From NCBI GenBank assembly GCA_043228905.1, contig JBHGNT010000004.1:19592001-19656000 (forward strand): a stretch of DNA of 64,000 nucleotides. Direction: 5' to 3'. The stretch is from Azolla caroliniana (lineage: Eukaryota; Plantae; Polypodiophyta). The notes beneath the pieces were generated by a model, which ran no database searches, had not been told where the DNA came from, and saw only the letters and a program-made list of their open reading frames with translations. Shown here piece by piece: positions 35,141 through 46,353 of this stretch (its first letter is position 1; each line of letters opens with the position of its first letter). The translations under genes were made by a program, and so were the position numbers.

Positions 35141-35503
35141 TATGTTTACACACACACACAATACCTTCCTCCCTTTTATTTCCAATTAATAGATAGGTAG
35201 GGAATCAATCAATCAATCAATCAATCGGGGGCCAAACACACACACACACACACACATGCAATATCGGTTGGTCCGATAAGCAGCAAATAATAAATCATAA
35301 TAAGAATGGCATACATACATACAAATTAATTAAATAATTAGGGAATGGTTAATAGAAGGGTATGATGGTAGTATTAATTAAATCCACGGAACTCTCTGTG
35401 TCCCCATTCCATGAATGAATGCCATCATCATCACAATCATCTTCTACAGCACCATAAAGAAGACATTTTGTTGTTGTTGTTGTTGAAGAAGACTTCTTCT
35501 TTT

Positions 35504-38104
35504 TTATGTCTGGGAGAGCCATTGCTCACCATTGATGAAACCGGTGTGAAGGAATGGTCGGGCTTGTGCGTCGGTCAGCACTCTCGACCATGAAACACGT
35601 TTCGATCGGTTCGCGCCCGGTCCCGAGCACTGGTACTCCGCGTAGAACACAGTCCTTTGGGTAAAATAAATAATTTATTATTATTCATAGAAAGAAAGGA
35701 AGAAAGAGTTAGTTTAAAATACATAATTATGTATGTATGTATATGAGACTTGAGTTGGTTGGACTGGAATTACCCCTCATCTTCTTATATACATATATAT
35801 AAGTTGTAACAGTAACAGTACTTACTTTTCTCTGCTGGGGTCAGCCCAGTTGAACCATCCTTGGGGGAGGATGATGTTGTCGAAGTAGGTGTAGGCGTAG
35901 ACGACCCTGGAGGCGCGGCCCCACGCACGCCCCAGGTAGATGTTCCCCGACCCCGTCACGACACAGCTCATGAACGAGAACCCCGTGTTCTCCGACGTGC
36001 TCTCTCTCTTCTGAGCTGTCAGCGATCCGTTGGGCGACGCGATCGAGTGGATTCGGCATTGCTGTTTTGTTTTGTTTTGTTTTGTTTTGTTCATCATCAT
36101 GTTGTTGTTGTTGCCCACATTTATTTAATTTAATCATTATTATTATGTACATAATATACATATATCCATGCAATGCAAATTCAAATTCAATATCATTAAT
36201 AATCATTTAATATATGATGTTGATGTACGTACGAAGTAGAAGGATCGGCCGTTGCCGAAAATGAAGTCGATGGAACCCTCGATGTAGCAACGATAGAAAT
36301 AATGGCGGCCCTTGTGGTCATAGAGTGTGTCTTGTGCGCCGTAGAAGTTGACATTGAAGAAGGCGGCATAATCTCCGCTAATCCGCAGTGCCACTGCTTG
36401 CTTTCCAACCGCACCACCGGGGGGAGCAGGTGCAGTGTTCTGCGAATACATATTGCACATTAATACAGAAGAATACATACATACATTTTGTGACCTTCAA
36501 ATTTTTAAGGGCCCAAAGATAATAAATAAATAAAATGGATGTACTTGTGCAATTTTCTTATACGCACTGCACATTGTACAGAATAATTTGACAACTAACT
36601 AGACTCTGAACATTTGAAAGGACACTCATCATCATCATCATTGATTTTAGTAGGACTATACAGAGCATGACTGAATACCACCCACTGTACACAACAATCT
36701 CAATTAAATTATATATTAATACCATTCCACCAATGATGATTGCATTATGGCATGCACAAGAAGTCTATATATATATATATATATATATATATCTGCCCCA
36801 CAGTCTATGATCCCCAGGACTTATGAACAGTAAGTCTAGTAGTAGTATATGTACCCTGAAGGAGATGTCTTTTGCAGTGAAATGGTCTCCATTTACTGCG
36901 ACCGATGCCGACTTGAAGGTGCTCCCCGCAGAAGTTGCGGTATCGCCCCACTGGATCTCCGTGAGCCGAGGACCATCTCCTTGGAACGTGATCCAATCTT
37001 GATCCACCGTCACTTTCTCTCTGCACCATTCATTCATCACAATCCAAACAATCTAGATTAACCATCCAGACTTGATAATAATTTATCAATTCCAACTCCT
37101 TCCTAATTGTACTACAATAAGATTTGGTTGATTCATGGGTTTAGGCCAAATTGCACATCACATAATTATATTCTTTTCTTGTTTGATTAATATTTTTGGA
37201 TTGAGCTGACCCATTTGATAGTCTTAATTTTATAAGGCCCATTTTGTAGGTAAGTGCAGCTTAATATGGTATTGGTATTAGAATTGGGGTGATCTTATGA
37301 TGCTAGTGAATCTAAAAAAACAATACATAGTTAAACAGCATTACTACACACAAGTTACTAATCGTGCAACTAGTACTAACAATTCTCTTTTCGACAGCAT
37401 TATATGGACCCTCAGATAAATAGCTTAATGGGGCCTAATAGAAAGGGGCTTTTAAATTAATTATATTTGAGTGACCAAATTTGCTTAGATTATATGCACT
37501 TGTCAACGCTACGTGGGTTGTATAGTTTGCACGACCTATTATAATTATATTAAGCAGCATTTAGGCTAAATAAAAAATGATGATGGATGATGAATCATTA
37601 GTGAGGGATGATGAATTATTAGTGATGGATGATGAATTATTGTGTGACACACTTGTAGATTCCAGCCTTGATCTGGATGACGACTCGCTTCTTGTTGGAT
37701 TTGGGGATGCTGTTTACGGCAGCCTGGACGGTCTTGAAGTTTCCGGAGCCGTCTTTGGCAACAACGATGGTGTTGGGGGTTGACGAAGGGGTGGATGCCG
37801 CGAATGCGTCACCGCGCGTCAGCTGCTCCGACACTTCCAAGTTGCTCCGACCCGTCGTCTTCTTATGGTGTTGGTGTTTGTGATGAACCCAAAAGCTCCC
37901 TTTCTTGTTGTATTCTTTTGGTTGTACATCATAAGAGCTAGACGTCTGCGCCATGCGGTCGAACCAACTGTCCTCATAGTCAGCCGCCGCGACGCCCCGA
38001 ATCCCATCATTATGATCCACCAAACTACTACTACTCATCATCAGTGCCAGCACCACACTCACATACAACAACATTTTGTGTTTCTGCAAACTCATCCCCT
38101 CCAT
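35504..38104 (-). CDS. PME: Pectin methylesterase (CE8, no PMEI pro-domain), about 403 aa; exons 38104-37653, 37020-36855, 36439-36233, 36061-35826, 35654-35504
   Basis: All introns are GT-AG and phases are consistent (total 1212 nt, TAA stop). Motifs [50 protein letters not shown]. Hydrophobic N-terminal segment. The start ATG is the least certain part. Confidence 0.93.
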
Positions 38105-40857
38105 GGTATGGTATGGCACTGCAGCTACTATGGATAGAGTAGTAATAGTAGTAGTAGTGGATAGTTGTAACCAAAAGAAGAGGGGAGAGGGATATGATAT
38201 CACAAGGATGCAATCAGCACTCACTTATATACATACATGGAGCATGCAAGTCAAGTCAAGACTTAGTATGTATGGGTGTGATGTGAACGCTGAATGCCCT
38301 TTCCTTCTCTATCTATAGAATGAACTAAGGGGAAAACAAGAAGCAGTATAAATAGTTATGGAAGACAGTGAGATTCATTTTGGATTGTTACTCATCTTAG
38401 CTGGCAAGTGCTCCTTCAGCCCTATATTTTATGTGTGGAGGTTTTTTTCCACTCCTTTGAAATGTATACCACAACTATACTATATTATGTATGTTATGTA
38501 TGCCAAGTTATCTCATCTCACATCCCTTATAACTAGGGATTCCAAATTTGACCCCCAAGTTGCCTCCTCTTTCTCTTAACTTTACTTGGTCTCTCTTTTT
38601 CTTTAAGTTTTGATGCCTCCCCAACGCTCATGTGCACTACACCCAATTTTGTCACCCAAAAGAGGAGGATCTCTCCCATGGTTGACATTTGTATACATAT
38701 GTAGTTAGATCATCGTCTCTATTTGTCTTGTTTCCTCACCCTTTCCTGGACCTCCATTATGTGTTGCATTCAAAGGTATATGGTCCGCCCCGAATATTAA
38801 AAAGAAAAGCTTCACTTGCAATTTTGGTTATGCTTGCTTGTACATTATGTAACCCCTCCTCGTGTAAATTTCCACTTGGGACGCAACAACACAAAAACAA
38901 GAGTTCAATTTCCAAATGGAATTTTTAACTGGGGAACGAAATATACAGTCGGATTATGTCGAATTTCTCATAAATTCCAAAAATTCCGGGCCTCATATCA
39001 AGCAAGGAAAGGAGCTCGGTCAATTCCTAAAGAAAGATATCAGTGAAAGATTGTTGGTTATGTGGGTGTCTCTTTCCACTCGTCATTCACATCACGAGCG
39101 TTTTTCCACATGACATGAGGTGCACCACGAAATGTTGCTTGAATGTTTTACAATTGTCTACATTGACTATATTCTTTCTAGCCTTAGCCTATACGAACAC
39201 GAAAAAGGACAGTTCCATTTGACGGGAACTGAAACGCTCCTTATGCGCGACGCTCGGCCACAACCGAGCTTAGAATGATACACAGAAAAACGGGAAATAA
39301 AACACGACACAGAGAAGAGGAAGATACACAGGAGGTTTACGTGGAAAAACCCCAAACTAGGGGGAAAAAACCACGGCAGCCCACAGGCTGCAAACTGTCA
39401 CTATGTAAGAATGTACAATAGTGAGTTCACTGAGGCAACGACCTCGTGCTCACAGATCTTCGCCACAGGCGGCGGTCACAATAGAGGCAACGACCTCTTT
39501 CTCTCTCTCTCTGTACAGTTACGCACACTGATCTCGTGCAAAACAGAATTGACAACAACACAAACTAAAGTTTGCCCTAAGTCATATTTATACTAATATG
39601 ACTTTTCGGCTATTTACAAATATAGCCTCGGTGGACTATCAGAAAACATATTTACGAATATGTCTCTTCATCCGGTTCTCCGTAGCCGAGTACTCCTCAT
39701 CCGGTTCATACCGGGTCTGCACCATCCGGCTCTCCGTAGCCGGGTACTCTTCATCCGGTTCATACCGGGTCTGCACCATCCGGCTCTCCGTAGCCGGGTA
39801 CTCCTCATCCGGTTTCGGCCTCGGCCGAGTTTGTTCATCAGCACTGTTCTTATCCCTTCCCATCCGGAGGGACCTGTCTCCCAACAAACTCCCCCTTCAC
39901 TCCGGCATGGGATGTCTTACCAGTCCGATCCTCTTCCGGCATGCATCCAGCTTGTCGGGTATCAACACTTTAGTCAGCATATCTGACCCGTTCTCGGCCG
40001 TGTGGATCTTCGTCAACGCGAACTCCTGGTCATCTACTCTCTCCCGGATCCAGTGGTACCTCCGCTGGATATGCTTCATCCGGGAATGGTAGGCCGCATT
40101 CTTAGCAAGGTGGATGGCACTTTGACTGTCGCAATAGAGTCGGTATTCATCTTGCCGGATACCGAGCTCTCCGATGAAGTCCTTCATCCATAATATTTCC
40201 TTGCCGGCTTCCACAGCTGCCATGTACTCCGCCTCCGTGGTTGACAATGCAACCGTCTTCTGCAACCTCGACTGCCATGAAACAGCTCCCCCTGCATATG
40301 TCATTACCTACCCGGATGTAGACCGGCTGGTATCCACATCAGCCGACATGTCCGAATCGGTGAAACCGTCCAGTTGGGGTTTTCCGGAGCCGAATCGGAG
40401 ACACGTATTTGAAGTGCCCTTCAAATACCGGAGTATCCATTTGATCGCGTTCCAGTGCTCCTTGCCGGGATTGCTCATAAACCGGCTCACCACTCCGACT
40501 GTGTATCCTATATCCGGTCGAGTACAAACCATTGCGTACATCAAGCTCCCGATGGCAGAGGCATATGGAATCTTCATCATATCCGCCTTCTCTGCTTTCG
40601 TCTTCGGGCTTTGCTTGCCGGATAGCCTGCAGTTTGCCGGAAGTGTCGATCCGACCGGTTTCGCTTCTGACATGTTGAACCGGTGAAGCACCTTTGTCAC
40701 ATACTTCTCCTCTGACAGCCATAATTGCTTCGCTGACCGGTTCCGGATGATGTGCATCCCCAACATCTGTCTTGCCGGACCCAAGTCTTTCATTGAGAAG
40801 GTCTGGTTGAGAGCCTTCTTCAGCATCCGTATTTTGACTTGGTCACGTCTGACGATC

Positions 40858-41026
40858 TGTCGAATACATGTGTATAATGGATGTATTCACACTATCCTGT
40901 TTTGGCCATTTATGTAATTAGCATAAAGGGTAGTTGCCCTAAGTCGGTCACTATATATAGTGACCTTGTAACCTTTTTGTAAGGTTAGTGGTTGTATTAT
41001 TTGCTTTATGAAATAAAGAGTCTTTT

Positions 41027-41063
<37 letters not shown>

Positions 41064-44000
41064 CAACGACCTACAAACTGTCATACGCAGGTATTCAGAA
41101 AAGAATCGAATGCTTCTTGATCTTCCGCAAAGACGACTTACTCCCCAACATCTGGTATCAGAGCAGAGGTTCGGCCGTCATCACCGCCTGCACAGCATTC
41201 GGTTCTTCACTTCATCACGGCCTGCACAGTATTCGCGTCATTCGAAGAAAGAGAGAAGAAGAACAAAAACGAGGTTTGCACCTCATCGCGTTAGATCCTC
41301 TTGCTTGGAGTAAGCCATCAGGTTGTACTCTGTTCCTTGTGATCGTAACCGCTCGAGGTGAAATCCCCTTGTGCATCATTGACACGATCGTGCTCCACTC
41401 GGTTAAACGGCATCCGAAAAGGTCATTAAACGCTGCTCGCCGCTCGTTGTAACCACTCGGTGCAGATCGGTCTCAAGACAACAACCCCAAATTCGTGCTT
41501 CATCCGGCTGATCGACATTCGAGAGGATCAGTTGGATCCATCTCTCTCGTCGCTGCAGTCACCCGAAGCCGAATCGGTCCAGATAATCGGTTTCAATAAT
41601 CGGTATTCGGTATATATATATCCGAAGCAAACCGGGCTCACTTCGACTCGGAACCATTCGGGAAGACCAGTCGGTTCTGTCCCTCAAGTTACCAGAGTCA
41701 ATTCGAGCAAGTTCAACAATACATATATTCGAAGCCGAACCGACTCACGTTCAAATCCGACTAGAACGATATCGGGTGAGCCAACCGGCTGCACTCCAAC
41801 AAGGTTCGTAGTCAACTCCGAACCGAGCTTCGTTAACCGAAACCAAATTTGATGGCATCAACATCCGGCTCGTCAGAAATGAGTCTACGAAAGTTCGATG
41901 GATCGAACTTCAACTTCTGGAAGGAGCAAATGCAGGACTATCTCATAGTCAAGGGGCAAATCGATCCCATCGAAAATGAAGAACCTCCAGAAGGATACAA
42001 ACCAATTGAGTGGCAGAAGCTGGACAGAATTGTCCGCGCCACGATTCGGATGCACCTATCGGAATCGGTATACTTTACGGTGCAATCGTGTACGACAGCA
42101 TTCGAACTGTGGAAAACACTGTCGGACACTTACGAAAAGAAGGTCGCCGCAACGAAGATGTTTCTGATCCGGCGCCTCTACAACTTGCGGATGAAAGAAT
42201 CCGATTCGGTTCAAGCACACCTCAATGAGTACGAAAGCATAAGCTCCCAAATCTCGTCACAGGGGACGGCAATCGAGGATGAACTCAGAGCAATGATACT
42301 CATGAGCAGCCTTCCCTCATCATGGGAAACTTTCGTCACAACCGTGTGCAACGCGTCAACCACGGCTGTTAAATACTCCGAAGTCACGAGCGCAATCCTG
42401 ACCGAAGCAGCTCGGAGAAAGTCTTTCGCCAAAGACTCAACAGACGACGCTTACGTAGTACAAGGTTCGACAGACCGATCGAACATACGAGGAAGAGATT
42501 CCTCACGACCGCCGAGCAATCAGCGAAGACGGAGCCAGTCACGGGATAACCGAATCTGCAACTATTGCAAGAAACCCGGACACATCAAAGCAGACTGCCG
42601 CGCACTCAAGAACAAGAACAACAAGAAGAGTGGCCGGCATGAGGAGATCAATTACGTCAGCTTCTCAGCTGATGTACTACCGGACGACCCGAATATACTA
42701 TCAATCGAAAATCCAGTCGGATCAGAAGTTCTACTCACGACTGAAGAATCGAGCACATGGCTCTTAGATTCGGGCGCGTCATTTCACGTGACTCCTCATC
42801 GATCCCAATTCCGGCAATATACGATCCGTCACTCCGACTCAGTTCGAGTCGGCAACTCACAACACTGTGACATCATCGGAATCGGCACAGTAGAGCTCAA
42901 CCTTGCAAGTGGCTCTACACTTGTACTCCACAATGTCCAACATGTACCCGAGCTCTCAAGGCCATTGATCTCAGTCGGACAACTAGATGAAGACGGCATT
43001 CGTGCCGGTTTTTCTTCGGGAGGGTGGACACTCCACAGGGGGAACCTCCTGCTTGCTAGAGGACCCAAGTTACACTCCCTGTATCCGTTACATGTTACGC
43101 TCAGAGAGGGTAACCTGTTTTTGGTGGATATTCCTGTGTCATCACTATGGCACCGAAGATTAGGACACCTCAGCAAGGCCGGCATCACGCACCTATCTAG
43201 AGCCGGATACATCCCCAAACTCTCCTTCTCCGACCATCAATTTTGCGAGCATTGCCAGTATGGCAAACAAGCAGCCGCATCACACCCGACATCAGCACCA
43301 AGAGAAACGAGACCTCTCGATTTGGTCCACTCGGACGTCTGTGGCCCAATGCCGCATCAGTCTCTAGGCGGTGCCTCTTACTTCGTCACTTTTATTGACG
43401 ATTCGACTCGAAAGGTGTGGGCTTATCCAATTCGCACCAAAGATCGGGTCTTCTCGATCTTCTCCGATTGGCTCGCTATGGTAGAAAATCAAACCGACCG
43501 AAAACTGAAATGCTTTCGGACAGACAATGGGGGAGAGTTCAAATCCGAAGAATTCGTCAAATTCTGCCGACAACGCGGCATCCGACGTGAATTTACGGCA
43601 CCACACAGCCCGGAGCAAAACGGGATTGCCAAACGCATGAATCGGACAATCCAAGAACGGATAGTTTCCATGCTCCAACACTCCGGACTGTCGGATGGCT
43701 TCTGGGCAGAGGCTCTACTCACGGCAGTACACATAATCAATATGTCGCCAAGTAGACCTCTAGGACTTCAAATTCCTCAGGAACTATGGATCGGCAGTAA
43801 GCCGAATTACGACAAGCTGAGGATCTTCGGATGCGAGGCGTACGCCCTTATTCCGAAAGATGATCGCCGAAAACTTGCACCTCGGTCCAGGAAATGCATT
43901 TTCCTTGGATATGGATCCGACGGCGAAATGGGATACCGACTCTGGGACCCCGAACGCAGGCAAATCGTTCGAAGTTCGGACGTTGTGTTCAACGAGTCGG

Positions 44001-46227
44001 CTATGAATCCATCAGTCGAAAAACCGATCAAAGTCCGAAGGGTAACGTTTTCCGATGTGCCGACCCTTCAAGAAGGCCCCGCTCTCAACACACGGTCAGC
44101 TTCACGGGTAGCTGAACCTTACACTACCGACTCGGACAACTCCGACTCGGCACAGCAGAACAATCCGCTTTCGGACCATCCGACCTCGATACCCGATGCG
44201 ACCAATCCAATCATACCTCGACGATCCGAGAGACTGTCGCAACCTCCGGAGAGGTACTCTCCTGGAATTTTCTTCACCGACGCCGGCGAACCGACGTCTT
44301 ACGAAGAAGCATCGACATCTGTCGATTCCGCCACCTGGCATCTGGCGATGGAGTCGGAAATGCACTCCATTCGGGCAAACAAGACTTGGGATCTGGTCGA
44401 ATTACCTAGGAACCGACGTGCTCTTCCTTCCAAGTGGGTTTATCGACTAAAAGAGACGTCTGATTCGACCACCCCAAAGTACAAGGCCAGACTAGTTGCG
44501 AAGGGCTTCCGACAAGAATATGGCGTCGACTTCGACGAGATTTTTTCACCAGTGGTGAAAATGACAACCCTTCGTTTTCTGCTCGGCGTCGTGGCAGCCG
44601 ACAACTTGGAGCTGATTCAGCTAGATGTCAAAACAGCCTTCCTCCATGGTGATCTCGAGGAGGAAATTTATATGGAGCAGCCAAAAGGCTTCGTGGCAAC
44701 TGGCCAAGAACATCTAGTCTGCCGACTCAGGAAGAGTCTATACGGCCTCAAACAGGCACCGCAACAATGGTACAAGAAGTTCGACGACTTCATCCAATCG
44801 ATCGGCTTCTCAAAAAGAGATGAGGACCATTGTCTCTTTACCAACACAGCTCAAGATGGATCACCCATCTTCCTCATCATTTACGTGGACGACATGCTAA
44901 TTTCTGGACGCCACGCGGGCGAACTTGCCGATCTCGTTCGGCAACTGCGGTTGAAGTTTGCCATGAAGGACCTCGGTCCGGCACGACACATCCTTGGCAT
45001 GAAAATTAGTCGGCATCGCGATAAACGACATCTTTTTTTGTCTCAGACCGACTATATCGGACGTGTCTTGGAACGCTTCAACATGCAATCAGCCAAATCT
45101 GCTTCAACCCCGCTCCCCATGAATCTTCGGCTCTCTCAGCGAGACTGCCCGACATCCGGTCCGGAGGGGGAAGATATGAAGTCGGTACCGTATGCACCGG
45201 CAGTCGGCTCCCTTATGTACCTGATGGTCGCGACACGGCCTGATATTTCTCACGCCGTAGGAGTCGTTAGCAGATTTATGCACAATCCTGGCCGATCGCA
45301 TTGGAACGCAGTCAAGCATGTGTTCAGATATCTGGCTGGCACAAAAGACCACGGCATTCTTTTCGGTCCGAACCGAACCTCAGGCGTAGTCGGCTACACC
45401 GACTCGGACTTCGCCGGCTGTATAGACAGTCGGAAATCAACAACCGGATACTGTTTCAAATTCGGCAATGGAGCAATCTCGTGGAAGTCGAAACTTCAGG
45501 AGTGCACAGCGACCTCAACGACCGAAGCAGAATATGTAGCTGCGTCCGACGCAGCAAAAGAAGCTTTGTGGCTCGGTCGGCTGGCGCACACGTTTCGACA
45601 AGTCGACCATGACTCGGCTCCAGTTGTCTACAGCGACAGTCAAGGTGCTGTTGCCTTGTCGAAAAATCCGGTTCACCACAACGCCTCCAAACATATCGAC
45701 GTTCGATATCACTTCGTTCGGGACTGCGTCATTTCAGGGAAAATCGGTCTAGAGAAAATATCCACAACCGACAATGTCGCAGATGGAATGACCAAGTGTC
45801 TTTCGGCAGACCGTTTTCGGTCTCTTCGGCATCAGATGGGCGTAACGACAAACCAGTCCGGTTAGAGCCGGACACAGAGCAGGATGGTTCCCGACAACCG
45901 ACATCAGTTCCTTAATGATCGGCTTCAACTGTTCCGACACGACCAGTTCGGTCTTCTGCCTTCGGACCCTGCCGACTCGAACAAAGCTGATATGTCCGAG
46001 AACCTAAGTCTATACCTGTAATCTTAGATAACCCATGTATACGCCCATTACGGGGGAGTGTCGAATACATGTGTATAATGGACGTATTCACACTATCCTG
46101 TTTTGGCCATTTATGTAATTAGCATAAAGGGTAGTTGCCCTAAGTCGGTCACTATATATAGTGACCTTGTAACCTTTTTGTAAGGTTAGTGGTTGTATTA
46201 TTTGCTTTATGAAATAAAGAGTCTTTT

Positions 46228-46267
<40 letters not shown>

Positions 46268-46353
46268 AACGACCTACAAACTGTCATACGCAGGTATTCA
46301 GAAAAGAATCGAATGCTTCTTGATCTTCCGCAAAGACGACTTACTCCCCAACA
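40858..46353 (+). mobile_element. Intact young Ty1/copia element, nested in opposite orientation
   Basis: LTRs 40858-41150 and 46059-46353 differ by about one substitution and microsatellite length; TSD CGATC; PBS 41153-41164; PPT GGGGGAG at 46052-46058. Confidence 0.98.
41852..45865 (+). CDS. Copia Gag-Pol polyprotein (1337 aa)
   Basis: Uninterrupted ORF with CNYCKKPGHIKADC, WLLDSGAS, LWHRRLGH, RTDNGGEF, IYVDDML, ADGMTK. Confidence 0.97.
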   Translation: MASTSGSSEMSLRKFDGSNFNFWKEQMQDYLIVKGQIDPIENEEPPEGYKPIEWQKLDRIVRATIRMHLSESVYFTVQSCTTAFELWKTLSDTYEKKVAATKMFLIRRLYNLRMKESDSVQAHLNEYESISSQISSQGTAIEDELRAMILMSSLPSSWETFVTTVCNASTTAVKYSEVTSAILTEAARRKSFAKDSTDDAYVVQGSTDRSNIRGRDSSRPPSNQRRRSQSRDNRICNYCKKPGHIKADCRALKNKNNKKSGRHEEINYVSFSADVLPDDPNILSIENPVGSEVLLTTEESSTWLLDSGASFHVTPHRSQFRQYTIRHSDSVRVGNSQHCDIIGIGTVELNLASGSTLVLHNVQHVPELSRPLISVGQLDEDGIRAGFSSGGWTLHRGNLLLARGPKLHSLYPLHVTLREGNLFLVDIPVSSLWHRRLGHLSKAGITHLSRAGYIPKLSFSDHQFCEHCQYGKQAAASHPTSAPRETRPLDLVHSDVCGPMPHQSLGGASYFVTFIDDSTRKVWAYPIRTKDRVFSIFSDWLAMVENQTDRKLKCFRTDNGGEFKSEEFVKFCRQRGIRREFTAPHSPEQNGIAKRMNRTIQERIVSMLQHSGLSDGFWAEALLTAVHIINMSPSRPLGLQIPQELWIGSKPNYDKLRIFGCEAYALIPKDDRRKLAPRSRKCIFLGYGSDGEMGYRLWDPERRQIVRSSDVVFNESAMNPSVEKPIKVRRVTFSDVPTLQEGPALNTRSASRVAEPYTTDSDNSDSAQQNNPLSDHPTSIPDATNPIIPRRSERLSQPPERYSPGIFFTDAGEPTSYEEASTSVDSATWHLAMESEMHSIRANKTWDLVELPRNRRALPSKWVYRLKETSDSTTPKYKARLVAKGFRQEYGVDFDEIFSPVVKMTTLRFLLGVVAADNLELIQLDVKTAFLHGDLEEEIYMEQPKGFVATGQEHLVCRLRKSLYGLKQAPQQWYKKFDDFIQSIGFSKRDEDHCLFTNTAQDGSPIFLIIYVDDMLISGRHAGELADLVRQLRLKFAMKDLGPARHILGMKISRHRDKRHLFLSQTDYIGRVLERFNMQSAKSASTPLPMNLRLSQRDCPTSGPEGEDMKSVPYAPAVGSLMYLMVATRPDISHAVGVVSRFMHNPGRSHWNAVKHVFRYLAGTKDHGILFGPNRTSGVVGYTDSDFAGCIDSRKSTTGYCFKFGNGAISWKSKLQECTATSTTEAEYVAASDAAKEALWLGRLAHTFRQVDHDSAPVVYSDSQGAVALSKNPVHHNASKHIDVRYHFVRDCVISGKIGLEKISTTDNVADGMTKCLSADRFRSLRHQMGVTTNQSG

